A stretch of 64,000 nucleotides of DNA from Turneriella sp. (GTDB taxonomy: Bacteria; Spirochaetota; Leptospiria; Turneriellales; Turneriellaceae), in contig CBDIID010000003.1 of assembly GCA_965279515.1 (NCBI GenBank), positions 3,008,001 to 3,072,000 of the forward strand. The letters run 5' to 3'. Below, in pieces: positions 20,232 through 30,608 of this stretch; the first letter of the stretch is position 1, and every line of letters starts with the position of its first letter. Position numbers and translations under genes: made by a program. The notes beneath the pieces are model-generated. The model was not told the origin of the DNA. It saw only the letters and a list, made by a program, of their open reading frames with translations, and did not search any database.

Positions 20232-20362
20232 ACATACTCCGCACGTTATTCCGGGGGATATCCCCCTGTACTTATTAAATACCAGAAAACGCCGGTTTTT
20301 TCTCACGCTGACATAAAAAAGCAATGTCCTTGACAGAGCCTTTCTGCGAGCACCTTTGATGC

Positions 20363-20584
20363 GTGACGAAGAAGCTGCGGTTAGAAGTGCCTGCCGAGCG
20401 CGTGAAGGAGCCCTTCATGTACCGCATGGTGACCGAGTATAACCTACAGCCGAACATTCTCGAGGCAAACCTCAGCCCCAACCGCAGCGGCTCGATGGTG
20501 ATCGAACTTTCGGGCAAACCGCAGGATATCGAGAGCGGGATCTTGTCGCTGCGCGAAGCGGACATCGATGTGGAAGAAATATAG
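20363..20584 (+). CDS. NIL-domain protein
   Basis: VKEPFMYRMVTEYNLQPNILEA..GSMVIELSG pattern. Confidence 0.8.
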   Translation: MTKKLRLEVPAERVKEPFMYRMVTEYNLQPNILEANLSPNRSGSMVIELSGKPQDIESGILSLREADIDVEEI

Positions 20585-20609
20585 CTCTGCCACCCCTTAA
20601 GGGTGTGTG

Positions 20610-21368
20610 TTAAATTGCCACGAGGCCGAGCTTTGCTGAAACGAAGCTGATGATACTGAGCACGATGAATCCGGTCAGGCCCATGAGCACCCAGACGAGA
20701 ATATGGCTGAGACGGTAGATCTTATAATGGCTGTCGCTGATGTTCAGCAAGGTACGCGCGCCGAAAAAAAGCTGGCGGTAATGCCAGAATAAACCCAGAA
20801 CAATGATCGGCACGCCGACGACCGGCAAAAAGGCGCCGATTGATAAAAAACTCACAATCAACGACGAGAACAGCGCGACGCGCATGCCGCTCTGCGGCGA
20901 AAAGCGGCCGCCCGAAAGTTCTGCACTCTCTTCGGCGATGACACCCAGAATAAAAATATAGGCGGCATAGATGCCGGTGAAGACCGGCAGCGCAATGAAG
21001 GTGTGGCGCAGAAACAGCGAGAGGTTGAGATAATGCAACAGTTCGCGCGCCGCGAAGAAAAAGTAAAAGGGGATTAACAGCGGCAGGTGGTATTTGCGGA
21101 ACAAACTCCAGAATGAGCCGTGCTCTTCGCGGTTGATTTCTTCCCAGGTTTCGGGAGTATTGTGCAGCAATTTTTTCAGGCGATAGCCGATGAGTTCGAA
21201 GCCGGCCTTGGTCTCGAGGGGTAATCCACCGAGCTGCATACGGAAGTCGGGCGTAACACTCTGCACAGTTTTCTTTTCGGGTACGGTGAAAAATTCTTTG
21301 CCCGAAGATGGCGCCTTAGCGGGCGCTTTTTTCGGCTGCGGTACGTGCTTTTGCGGAACTTTGGCCAT
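20610..21368 (-). CDS. Yip1-like membrane protein
   Basis: LLHNTPETWEEI followed by about 5 TM helices. Confidence 0.7.
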   Translation of the reverse strand: MAKVPQKHVPQPKKAPAKAPSSGKEFFTVPEKKTVQSVTPDFRMQLGGLPLETKAGFELIGYRLKKLLHNTPETWEEINREEHGSFWSLFRKYHLPLLIPFYFFFAARELLHYLNLSLFLRHTFIALPVFTGIYAAYIFILGVIAEESAELSGGRFSPQSGMRVALFSSLIVSFLSIGAFLPVVGVPIIVLGLFWHYRQLFFGARTLLNISDSHYKIYRLSHILVWVLMGLTGFIVLSIISFVSAKLGLVAI

Positions 21369-22582
21369 TAATCTTCTTCTTTCCGTTTCTTCTTTTTCCG
21401 TTTTTTCTTTTTTACTTTTTTCGCGGGTTCTTCGCTGGCCGCGCCGCGCTTGTGGTTCAGCAGCGCATTGGCACGGTATTCAACGCCGTTTTCTTTGTAA
21501 ACAATTTCCAGGACGCTGAGCCGTTTCTTCGAAGGCACGACGTGCACTGTCATCTTGCCGCTCTTGGGTTCGTATTCAAATTCGCGCGGCGTTGAGAACA
21601 CACGGACTTTGAAATTTTCACGGTTCAGATTTGCGGGAACCTTGAACTTGAGGGCCGTCTCGCCTTCAATGATCGCGCCCGGTTCGCTGTTGAGATAACC
21701 CAGCGGCAGCGAACGCGCGAGTGTTTTCTGTTCGAAGACTTTTTCGCTGTCGCCTTTGACGATCAGGTAGCGGCGCAGCAGGTAGGGGTTCTCACCGACC
21801 TGGTTGCCGCCGTGGAATGTCGTATGCGCCGATTCATAACCGGCTTCTTTGAGCAGGCGCAGGCTGCTGCTGTTGTAGATGCCGAAGGGATACGCGAGGT
21901 GTTTTACGTTGGCGCCGCCCTTCTCGTCAAGGTTACGCTTCGAATCGACAAACTGCGCCTTCTGCTCCGCGTCAGTCATGGTGCTGAGCATCGGGTGCCA
22001 CATCGTGTGGCTTTCGATCGCGTGGCCGGCTTTGCGCACCGCATTGATCTGAGCCCAGGTGAGCGAGCGTGGCTTGTGCGCGAAGATATAGGTGGGATAG
22101 ATAAAGAGCACGCCTTTGAAGTTATGTTTGTCGAGCACCTTCTGTGCGTGATCGACAAAGTCGTTGTTGCCGTCGTCGAAGGTCAAGACGATCGGGCGCT
22201 TGCCGTTGAACTCGAGTTTCTTTTCGCCGCGCACGTAGGCCAGCAGCTCATCAGGGAGAATGGTATAGAAGTTGTTCTCCGCCAAAAATTCCATCTGTTC
22301 GCGGAACTGTGTGGTGGTGACTGCATAGGGCGTTGGCCGCTCGCGGTATTTTTCTTCGGTGACGATCTGATGGTAACACAGCACGGGCACACCCAAATCA
22401 CTGCGCCAGTCGGAGGATGGATTTCCGCTTACAGTAGCCGGCTCAGTCTTCGGCAAAGTTTTTTTCACCTGAGGTTCGGTGTTTTTTCCGCTGAGCGGGC
22501 CGCCCTGCAGATACGCGATTAATCCCACGACGCCGAAAATCAGCACTGTCAGAAAAATGAACGCTTTATAGCGTGAATACAT
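21368..22582 (-). CDS. Polysaccharide deacetylase (CE4, IcaB/PgaB-like)
   Basis: PVLCYH, LTFDDG, ESHTMWHP and LAYPFG motifs; N-terminal anchor; Lys-rich C-terminal tail. Confidence 0.92.
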   Translation of the reverse strand: MYSRYKAFIFLTVLIFGVVGLIAYLQGGPLSGKNTEPQVKKTLPKTEPATVSGNPSSDWRSDLGVPVLCYHQIVTEEKYRERPTPYAVTTTQFREQMEFLAENNFYTILPDELLAYVRGEKKLEFNGKRPIVLTFDDGNNDFVDHAQKVLDKHNFKGVLFIYPTYIFAHKPRSLTWAQINAVRKAGHAIESHTMWHPMLSTMTDAEQKAQFVDSKRNLDEKGGANVKHLAYPFGIYNSSSLRLLKEAGYESAHTTFHGGNQVGENPYLLRRYLIVKGDSEKVFEQKTLARSLPLGYLNSEPGAIIEGETALKFKVPANLNRENFKVRVFSTPREFEYEPKSGKMTVHVVPSKKRLSVLEIVYKENGVEYRANALLNHKRGAASEEPAKKVKKKKRKKKKRKEED

Positions 22583-22679
22583 GCGACATAATTTATGCGG
22601 CGCACAGGGTGAAAAGAAGAGCGTGGAATGAATTAATTATTATTTCCGGAAGGAATAGGATTTTCTGTGATGCCCCTCT

Positions 22680-25600
22680 GTGTCGTTCCGTAAAGAAATC
22701 AACACCTATCAAGAAGGCCTCAAAGACCTAGCTGACACCGGTGGGTTGTTCGTCGAACGGGACACGGAACGGCTATTTGCCAATCTCTTAGGTGATATAT
22801 CAAAAAAGAATGGGTATTTCATCCGGTCGGATTACCGGCACACCACGGAGTCGAATACCGAAATTCGCTTTGATACCGCCGTGTTTACGGGGGTGGGCAT
22901 CGTTTACGGAATTCACGAAGCAAAGAAGCATGACGTCGATCTTGAAACAGCCATAGAAGAAAAGAAATCGGCCGGATATCCGTTCTACAACATCATATTT
23001 GAAAACTCGCATCAAGTTATACTTTTTCAAAACGGCAAACAGTACAATGGCGCTGTCGAGGTTGAGGACAAGAAGGCCTTTGAGGCGCTGCTCGAAAAAT
23101 TCTTTTCTTATACCTCAAAGGATATTCAAGAGTACAACCGCAGCCAGGCAGAGTTCTTCGAGCATATACCCGATCTGATAAAAGAGATTCGATTGTATCT
23201 CGACGAGGCGGATAAAGACAGCAAGTACAAAGAGAAGATACAGCAATTCGAAAATGTACTCAAGAAAGCGATCAATCCGAATATCACGCGTTTTGAAACG
23301 CGCGAGATCATCGTACAGCATTTACTCACCATCGATATTTTTAACAGCGTATTCAGCGAGTTCGATTTTGCGAAGTACAACCCTGTCGCGCAAGAGATCA
23401 ACGAGCTGACGTCGAGCGTGCTCAACCAAGGGATTCAAAGGAAGTTCTTGAATCGGGTCGAAGGTTATCTCAGCATCGTCAAAAAGACCGCGCAGAACAT
23501 TCGGGATTTTTCTCTCAAAAAGCAGTTTCTCATCAACTTCTATGAACAATTCTACAAGGCGTATAACCCGAAGGGCGCCGACCGTCTGGGCATAGTCTAC
23601 ACCCCCGAGCCGGTGGTGAAGTTCATGATTGAGAGTACCGACTATCTGCTCGATAAACATTTTGGCAAGAGCCTCGTCGACAGGGGCGTCGATATTTTGG
23701 ACCCTGCGACGGGCACGGGCACCTACATCTGCGCGCTGCTGGAATATCTGTTCGACCAGAAGAAGGGTAAAGAGCATATCACCAAAGTTAAGAACAAATA
23801 TAAGCATGAAATCTGGGCGAATGAGATTTCGATTCTGCCGTACTACATCGCGAGTTTGACGATTGAGCGAATTTACAGCGAAAAAACGGACGGTGAATAT
23901 GAAACCTTCGAGGGTATCATTTATCAGGACACGCTGGATAATATCACCTACAAAGACCGGCCCGATTCATACAGCAACACCGAACAACCGGCAGATGGCC
24001 TCTTCGCCGACATCAGCGAGGCAAACCTCGAACGGCGAGAGAAACTCGACAAGAAAAAAATTTCGGTGATTATCGGCAACCCGCCGTATAATGCCAACCA
24101 GCAAAACGAGAACGACAATAACAAGAACCGCGAATACCCGGTGATCGATAAGCGGATTAAAGAGACGTACATAAAAGAGAGTACTGCACAAAAAACGAAA
24201 CTCTTCGATATGTATGCCCGCTTCATTCGCTGGGCATCGGATCGGGTGGGCGATGAAGGCATGATTGCGTTCATTACCAATAATAGCTTCATCGATAGCC
24301 GGACCTTTGACGGTTTTCGCAAGATAGTCGCAAAGGAGTTCAATAATATCTACATCATCAACCTCGACGGCGACGTGCGCAAAAATACGAAACTCAGCGG
24401 GACCAAAAACAACGTTTTCGGAATACAAACGGGCGTTGCGATCAGCTTTCTGATCAAGACAGGCAAAGCCAAGAAAGCCGAGATCAAATACCATTATGCC
24501 ACGCACCCCATGGCAACGAAAGAAGAGAAATATGATTTTCTGGCGCAAAATGCCATTGCGGATATTAAATTTGAAAAAATCACGCCTAATGAGAAGGGTT
24601 ATTGGCTCGATGTCGTGGATTCTGATTTCGAAGACTTCATCCCGACGGTCAATAAAGACAAGGCGGTTAAGTCAATTTTTGAAATGTCATGTCTCGGCGT
24701 GGCAACAAATCGAGATAGTTGGGTGTATGATTTTGCAGAGGATAATCTGATAGCCAAAACCAAATTCTTTATTGAATCATATAACAAATTATTAGAAACC
24801 TATCGAGGTAAGAAGAGCAAAGATGCCGCCTTTTACTCACCAGAAATTAAATGGAGCCGTGACTTGCGAGAACGACAATTCCTGCGCGATCATTCTATTC
24901 ATGCATATAGCAAAAATAAAATTCAGATCGCACTATATCGACCGTTCTGCCGAATGTTCCAGTATGCCGAACAAAAAATGAACGATGTGCTCACTGGTCA
25001 GCATTATGCAATGTTTGGCCAAGCCCTGGATAAGTCGAATCTGGCAATATCCTTTTCTGGTCTTTCAAGTTCGCGAGATTTTCAGTCCCTTGTTCATAAT
25101 TCTCTCATTAGCTTAGATTTTCTTGAAAAGACGAACACATTCGCTTTATATGGCTATCAGGAAAAGATCCGCCGCGACAACATCACCGACTGGGCACTTG
25201 AGCAGTTTCAAAAATACTACAAAGCCCCAAAACTAACCAAGCTAGACATCTTCCACTACGTCTACGCCGTCCTCAACAAGCCCGACTACGTAGAAAAATA
25301 CAAAGTCGAACTCACACGCGACTACCCGCGCATCCCCTTCTATAAAAACTTCCATGAAATGGCAGCTCTAGGCAAAGAACTGATGCAGATGCATATCGAG
25401 TTTGAAAAGGTAGAAAAACACAAGGCAATAAAACTCGTCGAAGATAAGGCGAAGAAAAGTAAAAATGAGCTACAGCGCGTGACACCGATCATGAAGATCG
25501 ATAAGGGCGACCATTCTACGGTACACCTCGATGCCGAGACCCGGCTCGAAGGCATACCTATCGAAGCATACAACTACAAGCTCGGCCTGCGCTCGCCCAT

Positions 25601-25814
25601 CGAGTGGGTGCTCGACCAGCACCAACTCGCCCGCCCGTCGGAAAAAGAAAAACAGAACTATGGCGTAATTTTTGAGAAGTTTAATACACCTGAGAACGAG
25701 CTGCGGCGGTATGAGACGATCAGCCGGCCACTGCTCATTGATCTTATCCCACGGCTGGCGACGCTGAGTTTGAAGACGTTGGAAATCAGAGGGAAGCTAC
25801 AAGGCTTACAATGA
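22680..25814 (+). CDS. Fused restriction endonuclease / N6-adenine methyltransferase (Type IIG / Type ISP-related, no helicase domain)
   Basis: N-terminal D..EAK nuclease motif (RFDTAVF..IHEAKK); GIVYTP; ILDPATGTGT; GNPPY; ISP-type C-terminus (RDNITDWAL, YVYAVL, PRIP, GLRSPIEWVLDQ). Confidence 0.9.
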   Translation: MSFRKEINTYQEGLKDLADTGGLFVERDTERLFANLLGDISKKNGYFIRSDYRHTTESNTEIRFDTAVFTGVGIVYGIHEAKKHDVDLETAIEEKKSAGYPFYNIIFENSHQVILFQNGKQYNGAVEVEDKKAFEALLEKFFSYTSKDIQEYNRSQAEFFEHIPDLIKEIRLYLDEADKDSKYKEKIQQFENVLKKAINPNITRFETREIIVQHLLTIDIFNSVFSEFDFAKYNPVAQEINELTSSVLNQGIQRKFLNRVEGYLSIVKKTAQNIRDFSLKKQFLINFYEQFYKAYNPKGADRLGIVYTPEPVVKFMIESTDYLLDKHFGKSLVDRGVDILDPATGTGTYICALLEYLFDQKKGKEHITKVKNKYKHEIWANEISILPYYIASLTIERIYSEKTDGEYETFEGIIYQDTLDNITYKDRPDSYSNTEQPADGLFADISEANLERREKLDKKKISVIIGNPPYNANQQNENDNNKNREYPVIDKRIKETYIKESTAQKTKLFDMYARFIRWASDRVGDEGMIAFITNNSFIDSRTFDGFRKIVAKEFNNIYIINLDGDVRKNTKLSGTKNNVFGIQTGVAISFLIKTGKAKKAEIKYHYATHPMATKEEKYDFLAQNAIADIKFEKITPNEKGYWLDVVDSDFEDFIPTVNKDKAVKSIFEMSCLGVATNRDSWVYDFAEDNLIAKTKFFIESYNKLLETYRGKKSKDAAFYSPEIKWSRDLRERQFLRDHSIHAYSKNKIQIALYRPFCRMFQYAEQKMNDVLTGQHYAMFGQALDKSNLAISFSGLSSSRDFQSLVHNSLISLDFLEKTNTFALYGYQEKIRRDNITDWALEQFQKYYKAPKLTKLDIFHYVYAVLNKPDYVEKYKVELTRDYPRIPFYKNFHEMAALGKELMQMHIEFEKVEKHKAIKLVEDKAKKSKNELQRVTPIMKIDKGDHSTVHLDAETRLEGIPIEAYNYKLGLRSPIEWVLDQHQLARPSEKEKQNYGVIFEKFNTPENELRRYETISRPLLIDLIPRLATLSLKTLEIRGKLQGLQ

Positions 25815-25907
25815 AAAATCTTGACCCGGGTGCAGCCCGGGATGCAACTGGCCGATAAACGAATTACAGCGTGTCTGAGACCGAAAAAGAGGCATAGAGG
25901 AGGGCCA

Positions 25908-26066
25908 ATGGCAGCATATGTTTTTCCAGCAATTCCAGAACTAACCGGTAAAGAAGCGGCAGCTTTCATCAAAAAAGCCGAAAATCCTACGCCCGTCCGG
26001 CTGTCCCCCGAAGCAGAAGCGATGTATAAAAAGCTGATTCAACAGCCCTCTACCAAGAAAGCTTGA
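25908..26066 (+). CDS. Probable small antitoxin of the GNAT toxin
   Basis: 52 aa from ATG 25908 with GGAGG SD; PELTGKEAAAF motif; stop overlaps the GNAT start. Confidence 0.65.
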   Translation: MAAYVFPAIPELTGKEAAAFIKKAENPTPVRLSPEAEAMYKKLIQQPSTKKA

Positions 26067-26596
26067 TCGAGCTCGATTCCGGTTTCTCCGTTCAATCCTT
26101 GCCTGAATCGAATCTGGCAGATTTTCACTGCGCCGAGAATTTGTTTAAGTTCTTCCGGGATGACGCCCAGGATACCGAAGATGAGCTGATTGCAAAAACC
26201 TATTTTTTGCATCTTGAAAACGTTCCTGAACCTTTAGTCGGCTTCTGCGTCAGCAATTCGGCAATCAGAGCAAACAATGATGTAGACATGACACTACCCG
26301 AGAATGTGAGGCATAAGGACTATCCCGCAGTCCTTCTCGGTAAATTAGCTACCCATACCAAGCATGGTGGCAAGGCCTATGGGCGAAGGGTAATTGACTT
26401 TCTCAAGATTTGGTTTGTTACACAGAATAAGACGGGTTGTCGCTATTTGATAGCCGACTCGGTGCCGGAAGCCGTAGGTTTTTATGAGAAATGTGGTTTT
26501 GAAACATACCCGATTCAAAAATCTTCGCAAACGAAGCTGATGTTTTTCGATCTTAAAGCATATGAAATTGCGCTGAGGCAAAAATTTGTGGAGTGA
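26063..26596 (+). CDS. GNAT acetyltransferase, TA-toxin type
   Basis: FHC..LFKFF, YPAVLLGKLA, GCRYLIADS..AVGFYEKCGF, resembling TacT/AtaT-like toxins. Confidence 0.8.
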   Translation: MIELDSGFSVQSLPESNLADFHCAENLFKFFRDDAQDTEDELIAKTYFLHLENVPEPLVGFCVSNSAIRANNDVDMTLPENVRHKDYPAVLLGKLATHTKHGGKAYGRRVIDFLKIWFVTQNKTGCRYLIADSVPEAVGFYEKCGFETYPIQKSSQTKLMFFDLKAYEIALRQKFVE

Positions 26597-26797
26597 TTCT
26601 CTCCGCATTGGAGAGAGCCGTGGATAGTGGCGAACCTGGCGTCTCGCTTGCCGATCTCGCCCATAAAACGAAAAAAAGGTTTGCAGGCCTGGCCTATAAA
26701 CCCGCCGCCAATTTATGTATTAATACCCCCGCCGCCAAATTTTTGTGATTCGTAACTTTTCGCCCACCCTTGCCGGTTTTATTAATCTTGCAAGGTA

Positions 26798-27850
26798 ATG
26801 CCAACCCTCTTTGACCCGATAAAAATCGGCGACCTCGAACTCAAAAACCGTATCATCATGTCACCGCTCACGCGCTGCCGCGCCGTCGACGACCGCGTGC
26901 CCAACGCTCTCATGGCCGAGTATTACGAACAACGCGCCTCGGCGGGCATGATCATCAGCGAAGCGACGGCGGTGACGCCGATGGGCGTGGGGTATCCCGA
27001 CACGCCGGGCATCTGGTCGCCAGCGCAGACCGAAGCCTGGAAAAAGATCACCGCTGCCGTACATGCGAAGGGCGGCAAGATGCTGCTGCAACTCTGGCAT
27101 GTTGGTCGCATTTCTGATCCCTTTTACCTGAACGGAGAAACTCCCGTGGCACCGAGCGCGATTGCAGCGGGCGGTCATGTGAGTTTGATGCGGCCCAAGC
27201 AGGCCTATGTCACGCCGCGCGCTCTGGAGCTCCATGAAATTCCGGGAATCATCGAGGCATACCGTAAGGGCGCCGAGAACGCCAAAGCCGCGGGTTTCGA
27301 CGGTGTGGAGATCCACGGTGCAAACGGTTACCTGCTCGACCAGTTTCTGCAAGACAGCACCAACCACAGGACTGACCGTTATGGCGGCTCGCTCGAAAAC
27401 CGCGCGCGGCTGATGCTCGAAGTGGTCGACGCGGTTTTATCTGTCTGGCCCGCAGGCCGAGTGGGATTACACCTCGCGCCGAAGGGTGATTCCCATTCCA
27501 TGGGTGATTCGAATCTCGGCGAGACTTTTGTTTACATCGCGCGCGCCATGAAGAAGCGCGGTATTGCCTTTATCTGCACGCGCGATTACGTGGGTGAGGG
27601 CCATTTGGGCGCCGAGATTAAACGCGAATTCGGCGGCGTCTATATCGCGAACGAAAAATTCACCCAGGAAACCGCCGCTGAATTTGTCGCCATTGGCAAG
27701 GCGGATGCTGTCGCTTTTGGCAAACTCTTCATCGCCAACCCCGACCTCGTGCGACGGTTCCGGGAGAACCTGCCGCTCAATACGCCGGATGCTGCGACCT
27801 TTTATGCGCAGGGCGCGAAAGGCTACACAGACTATCCTTTTTACAGCTAG
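26798..27850 (+). CDS. Alkene reductase (Old Yellow Enzyme, NemA/XenB-like)
   Basis: MSPLTRCR, QLWHVGR, EIHGANGYLLDQF and FIANPDL motifs. Confidence 0.95.
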   Translation: MPTLFDPIKIGDLELKNRIIMSPLTRCRAVDDRVPNALMAEYYEQRASAGMIISEATAVTPMGVGYPDTPGIWSPAQTEAWKKITAAVHAKGGKMLLQLWHVGRISDPFYLNGETPVAPSAIAAGGHVSLMRPKQAYVTPRALELHEIPGIIEAYRKGAENAKAAGFDGVEIHGANGYLLDQFLQDSTNHRTDRYGGSLENRARLMLEVVDAVLSVWPAGRVGLHLAPKGDSHSMGDSNLGETFVYIARAMKKRGIAFICTRDYVGEGHLGAEIKREFGGVYIANEKFTQETAAEFVAIGKADAVAFGKLFIANPDLVRRFRENLPLNTPDAATFYAQGAKGYTDYPFYS

Positions 27851-27974
27851 ACGGCGAGGTTACAAACTGCCGTGCCGGAAACTCCCCGGGCTCCCCGGGA
27901 ATTCTCCTAATTCACTTGACGACAAGTGATTACGACAGATGCCCTTATCCAAATTTTTTTTCGGAGGAAACAGG

Positions 27975-28454
27975 ATGAAGAAATTATTTGTATTAGGGGC
28001 AGCGTTATTTTTTGCCGCTTCTATCAGCGCAGTATGGTATCCCCATGAGGGTTCGGGTGTCACAGTGGATATTCCCAAAAGCTGGAAAGTCGATGGCACC
28101 AAGAATTCACTGCAGGCAACAAGCAAGCCGGGCAATGCGTTTGTTGTCATGAGAGTTTTAAAGGATGAGAAGACCGACGCAGTCCTTGCTCATCTCGACG
28201 AACAGCTGGAAACCCTGCTGAAAAACATTCAGCACGGCGCCTCAGAGCAGCTCGACTTGAATGGCCTGCAGGCGCACTGGACTGAAGGTACCGGCGAACT
28301 CAATGGCACCGCTGTCGAGTTTGATGTCGTTGTCGTCGCGACGCCGAGCGGCAAATATCTTCTGGTCATTGGTATGATCGCGGTAGATGCGGCGAAGAAA
28401 GAGCGTAAGGGTATCACACGAATTCTGCGCAGCGTAAAGGCGATCGAACAATAG
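27975..28454 (+). CDS. Hypothetical exported protein (PsbP/DcrB-like fold possible)
   Basis: GGAGG SD; signal peptide; VDIPKSWKV motif. Confidence 0.7.
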   Translation: MKKLFVLGAALFFAASISAVWYPHEGSGVTVDIPKSWKVDGTKNSLQATSKPGNAFVVMRVLKDEKTDAVLAHLDEQLETLLKNIQHGASEQLDLNGLQAHWTEGTGELNGTAVEFDVVVVATPSGKYLLVIGMIAVDAAKKERKGITRILRSVKAIEQ

Positions 28455-28506
28455 TCGAAACTTCGGGGAATCCTGCCTGGAGTTCCCCGAAAATTTCAAT
28501 CGAAAG

Positions 28507-29868
28507 TTAACCCGTTAGCTTAAACGTTCCGAGGAACTCGGGCAGGTCGTTCAGGTCGAAGTGTGTCACCGACTTCGAGATCACCTTGCCTGTGCGCAGG
28601 TTCTTCACCTCGCCGAAACACGTGGTGTGTGAATACTGCAGGTTCCATGGATAGATCTGCTGCTTCTCGCCGACATACTGGTACGGTTCACCGTCGACCG
28701 TGAAGTCGAACGTGTAGCGGATCTTTTGATCTTGAATGTAACGCAGCTGCAGTGTGCCATAAACCGGCATATTCTCACACATGCCACCGATGGTCACGGT
28801 GCCTGCTAGTTCACTCAGCAAAAATTTCTGGTCATTGGCGGGATTCAAAAAATCGACGAGATTCTTCGGACCCCAGTCTGCCTTAAATTCAAACTTATGT
28901 TTGCCCGCAGGGCCGGCGCCGTCGACGAACTCATGTTCCCCAGACATGATCTCATGGATCTGGAAACCTTTTTCAGGGATGCCTTTTTTGGCGGTATCGA
29001 AGATCGAGCTGAGGATGCCACCTACGGCATCGACGACTTTGCCGAGGCCTAGGGATTCCTGCTGTTGTTTTGACATGAACGTATGCGTCATTTTATCCAT
29101 GACGTCTGCGGCGGAAGGCGCCACGCGGATATATTTGAAGAACTGGTTGAGTATGCTCACCATCTCGACATCTTTATCTTCTTTGACAGAGTCGAAAATC
29201 ATCTTCGCCACGGTTTCGGGTTTATCAGAATAGAGCGGCATGAACATAAAGAAGAGTTTTTCACCGATCGAGTTCGCTGTCGCCGTGTCATAGAAACCGG
29301 TGTTGACCAGGAATGGATAGACCGTCGTGACTTTGACATTATCGCGCGCGACTTCGACGTTCAGAATCTCTGACATCGCTCCGATTGCGAGTTTAGTCAC
29401 CGAATACGCACCCCAGGTCGGCGCACGGAAGTAAGCCTGGCCGCTCGAGACGTTGACGATATGGCCCGACTTTTTGTTTTTCATGTAAGGCAAAAAGGTC
29501 TGTATATGGTAGAGGGGTGCCCAGAAGTTGATATTCATCAGCTGCTGCCATTTCGCGAGCGGTGTGTCGGCGATTTCGGCGTTGTAACCGATGCCGGCGT
29601 TGTTAATGAGGATATCCACTCCGCCAAATTTGGCGGCGACGTCGACGGCCAGCTGCTCGACAGCCTTGAGGTCGGTCACATCGACGACCCGGGTCATGAT
29701 TTCGATGTCGTGTTTTGCCAGGCGCTGCTTCGCGTTTTCGAGTGCGAGCTCGTTGATGTCTGTCAGCACGAGGCGTGTTTTGGCCTCAGCGAAAAATCCG
29801 GCGGTGTTCAGGCCAATACCGCCACCCGCGCCGGTGATCAGTACGACTTTATTTCTGAGTTCTTTCAT
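28507..29868 (-). CDS. SDR oxidoreductase with extra C-terminal domain
   Basis: TGAGGGIG, NNAG and YSVTK motifs, then ~170 aa of beta-rich extension. Start set at ATG 29868. Confidence 0.88.
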   Translation of the reverse strand: MKELRNKVVLITGAGGGIGLNTAGFFAEAKTRLVLTDINELALENAKQRLAKHDIEIMTRVVDVTDLKAVEQLAVDVAAKFGGVDILINNAGIGYNAEIADTPLAKWQQLMNINFWAPLYHIQTFLPYMKNKKSGHIVNVSSGQAYFRAPTWGAYSVTKLAIGAMSEILNVEVARDNVKVTTVYPFLVNTGFYDTATANSIGEKLFFMFMPLYSDKPETVAKMIFDSVKEDKDVEMVSILNQFFKYIRVAPSAADVMDKMTHTFMSKQQQESLGLGKVVDAVGGILSSIFDTAKKGIPEKGFQIHEIMSGEHEFVDGAGPAGKHKFEFKADWGPKNLVDFLNPANDQKFLLSELAGTVTIGGMCENMPVYGTLQLRYIQDQKIRYTFDFTVDGEPYQYVGEKQQIYPWNLQYSHTTCFGEVKNLRTGKVISKSVTHFDLNDLPEFLGTFKLTG

Positions 29869-30089
29869 AGGCCAAAGGTAATAATAGGTGAACGCGGCGT
29901 CAATAAAAAATGACATCGATGTCAGTAAGTGCGGCTTTGACCGTTTCTGTGGAAGTGACATAACAAAGGTATATCCCACCAAACCCCTAAAAAAACGGCA
30001 TGAAATTTGTTGTCCGGTTTTTGATTGACCACACGTCGTGAAAGACCGTCATTTCTTACGCCTCGTGTAATTACACCGGGCGATTAAAA

Positions 30090-30569
30090 ATGTTTAATAT
30101 CGAGGAAAATGTCGTTTATCCGATGCATGGCGTCGGTAAGATCATGGAAATCGCCACGAAGACGATTCTCAATAAAAAGAAAAAGTATTACGTTGTAGAG
30201 CTCATAAATACCAAAATGCGGGTCATGGTACCCGTCGATAATGCCGAGACCATTGGCCTCAGGCATATCATGGATAAAAAACAGATCCCCAAGATCGCCA
30301 AACTTCTTCAGGAAGAATATGTCGAACAGGAAGAAGACTGGAAGATACGCTACCAGAATAACCTGACCAAAGTAAAGTCAGGCTCTATTACCGCCGTTGC
30401 GGAGGTCTGTCGCAATCTTTATAAAAGAGCGCGGGATAAAGAGCTTTCAGTAATGGAGCGTAAGCTGTACGAATCGGCTTATTCTCTGATGATCAATGAA
30501 GTGGCGCTGGCGAAAGGCATTACTGCCGAAGACGCAAGCAACATGATCTCAGATATCCTTTCGAAATAG
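30090..30569 (+). CDS. carD: CarD-family transcriptional regulator
   Basis: [21 protein letters not shown] motif; typical context upstream of PIN/TRAM and ispD. Confidence 0.93.
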   Translation: MFNIEENVVYPMHGVGKIMEIATKTILNKKKKYYVVELINTKMRVMVPVDNAETIGLRHIMDKKQIPKIAKLLQEEYVEQEEDWKIRYQNNLTKVKSGSITAVAEVCRNLYKRARDKELSVMERKLYESAYSLMINEVALAKGITAEDASNMISDILSK

Positions 30570-30608
30570 GATTCAAAACGGCTTTTCCTCCTTTTATAAG
30601 GAGGGAAC

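Noticed and set aside
26699..26745. Direct repeat cccgccgccaa x2 upstream of the alkene reductase
   Set aside because: Only two short copies and no adjacent regulator; insufficient support.
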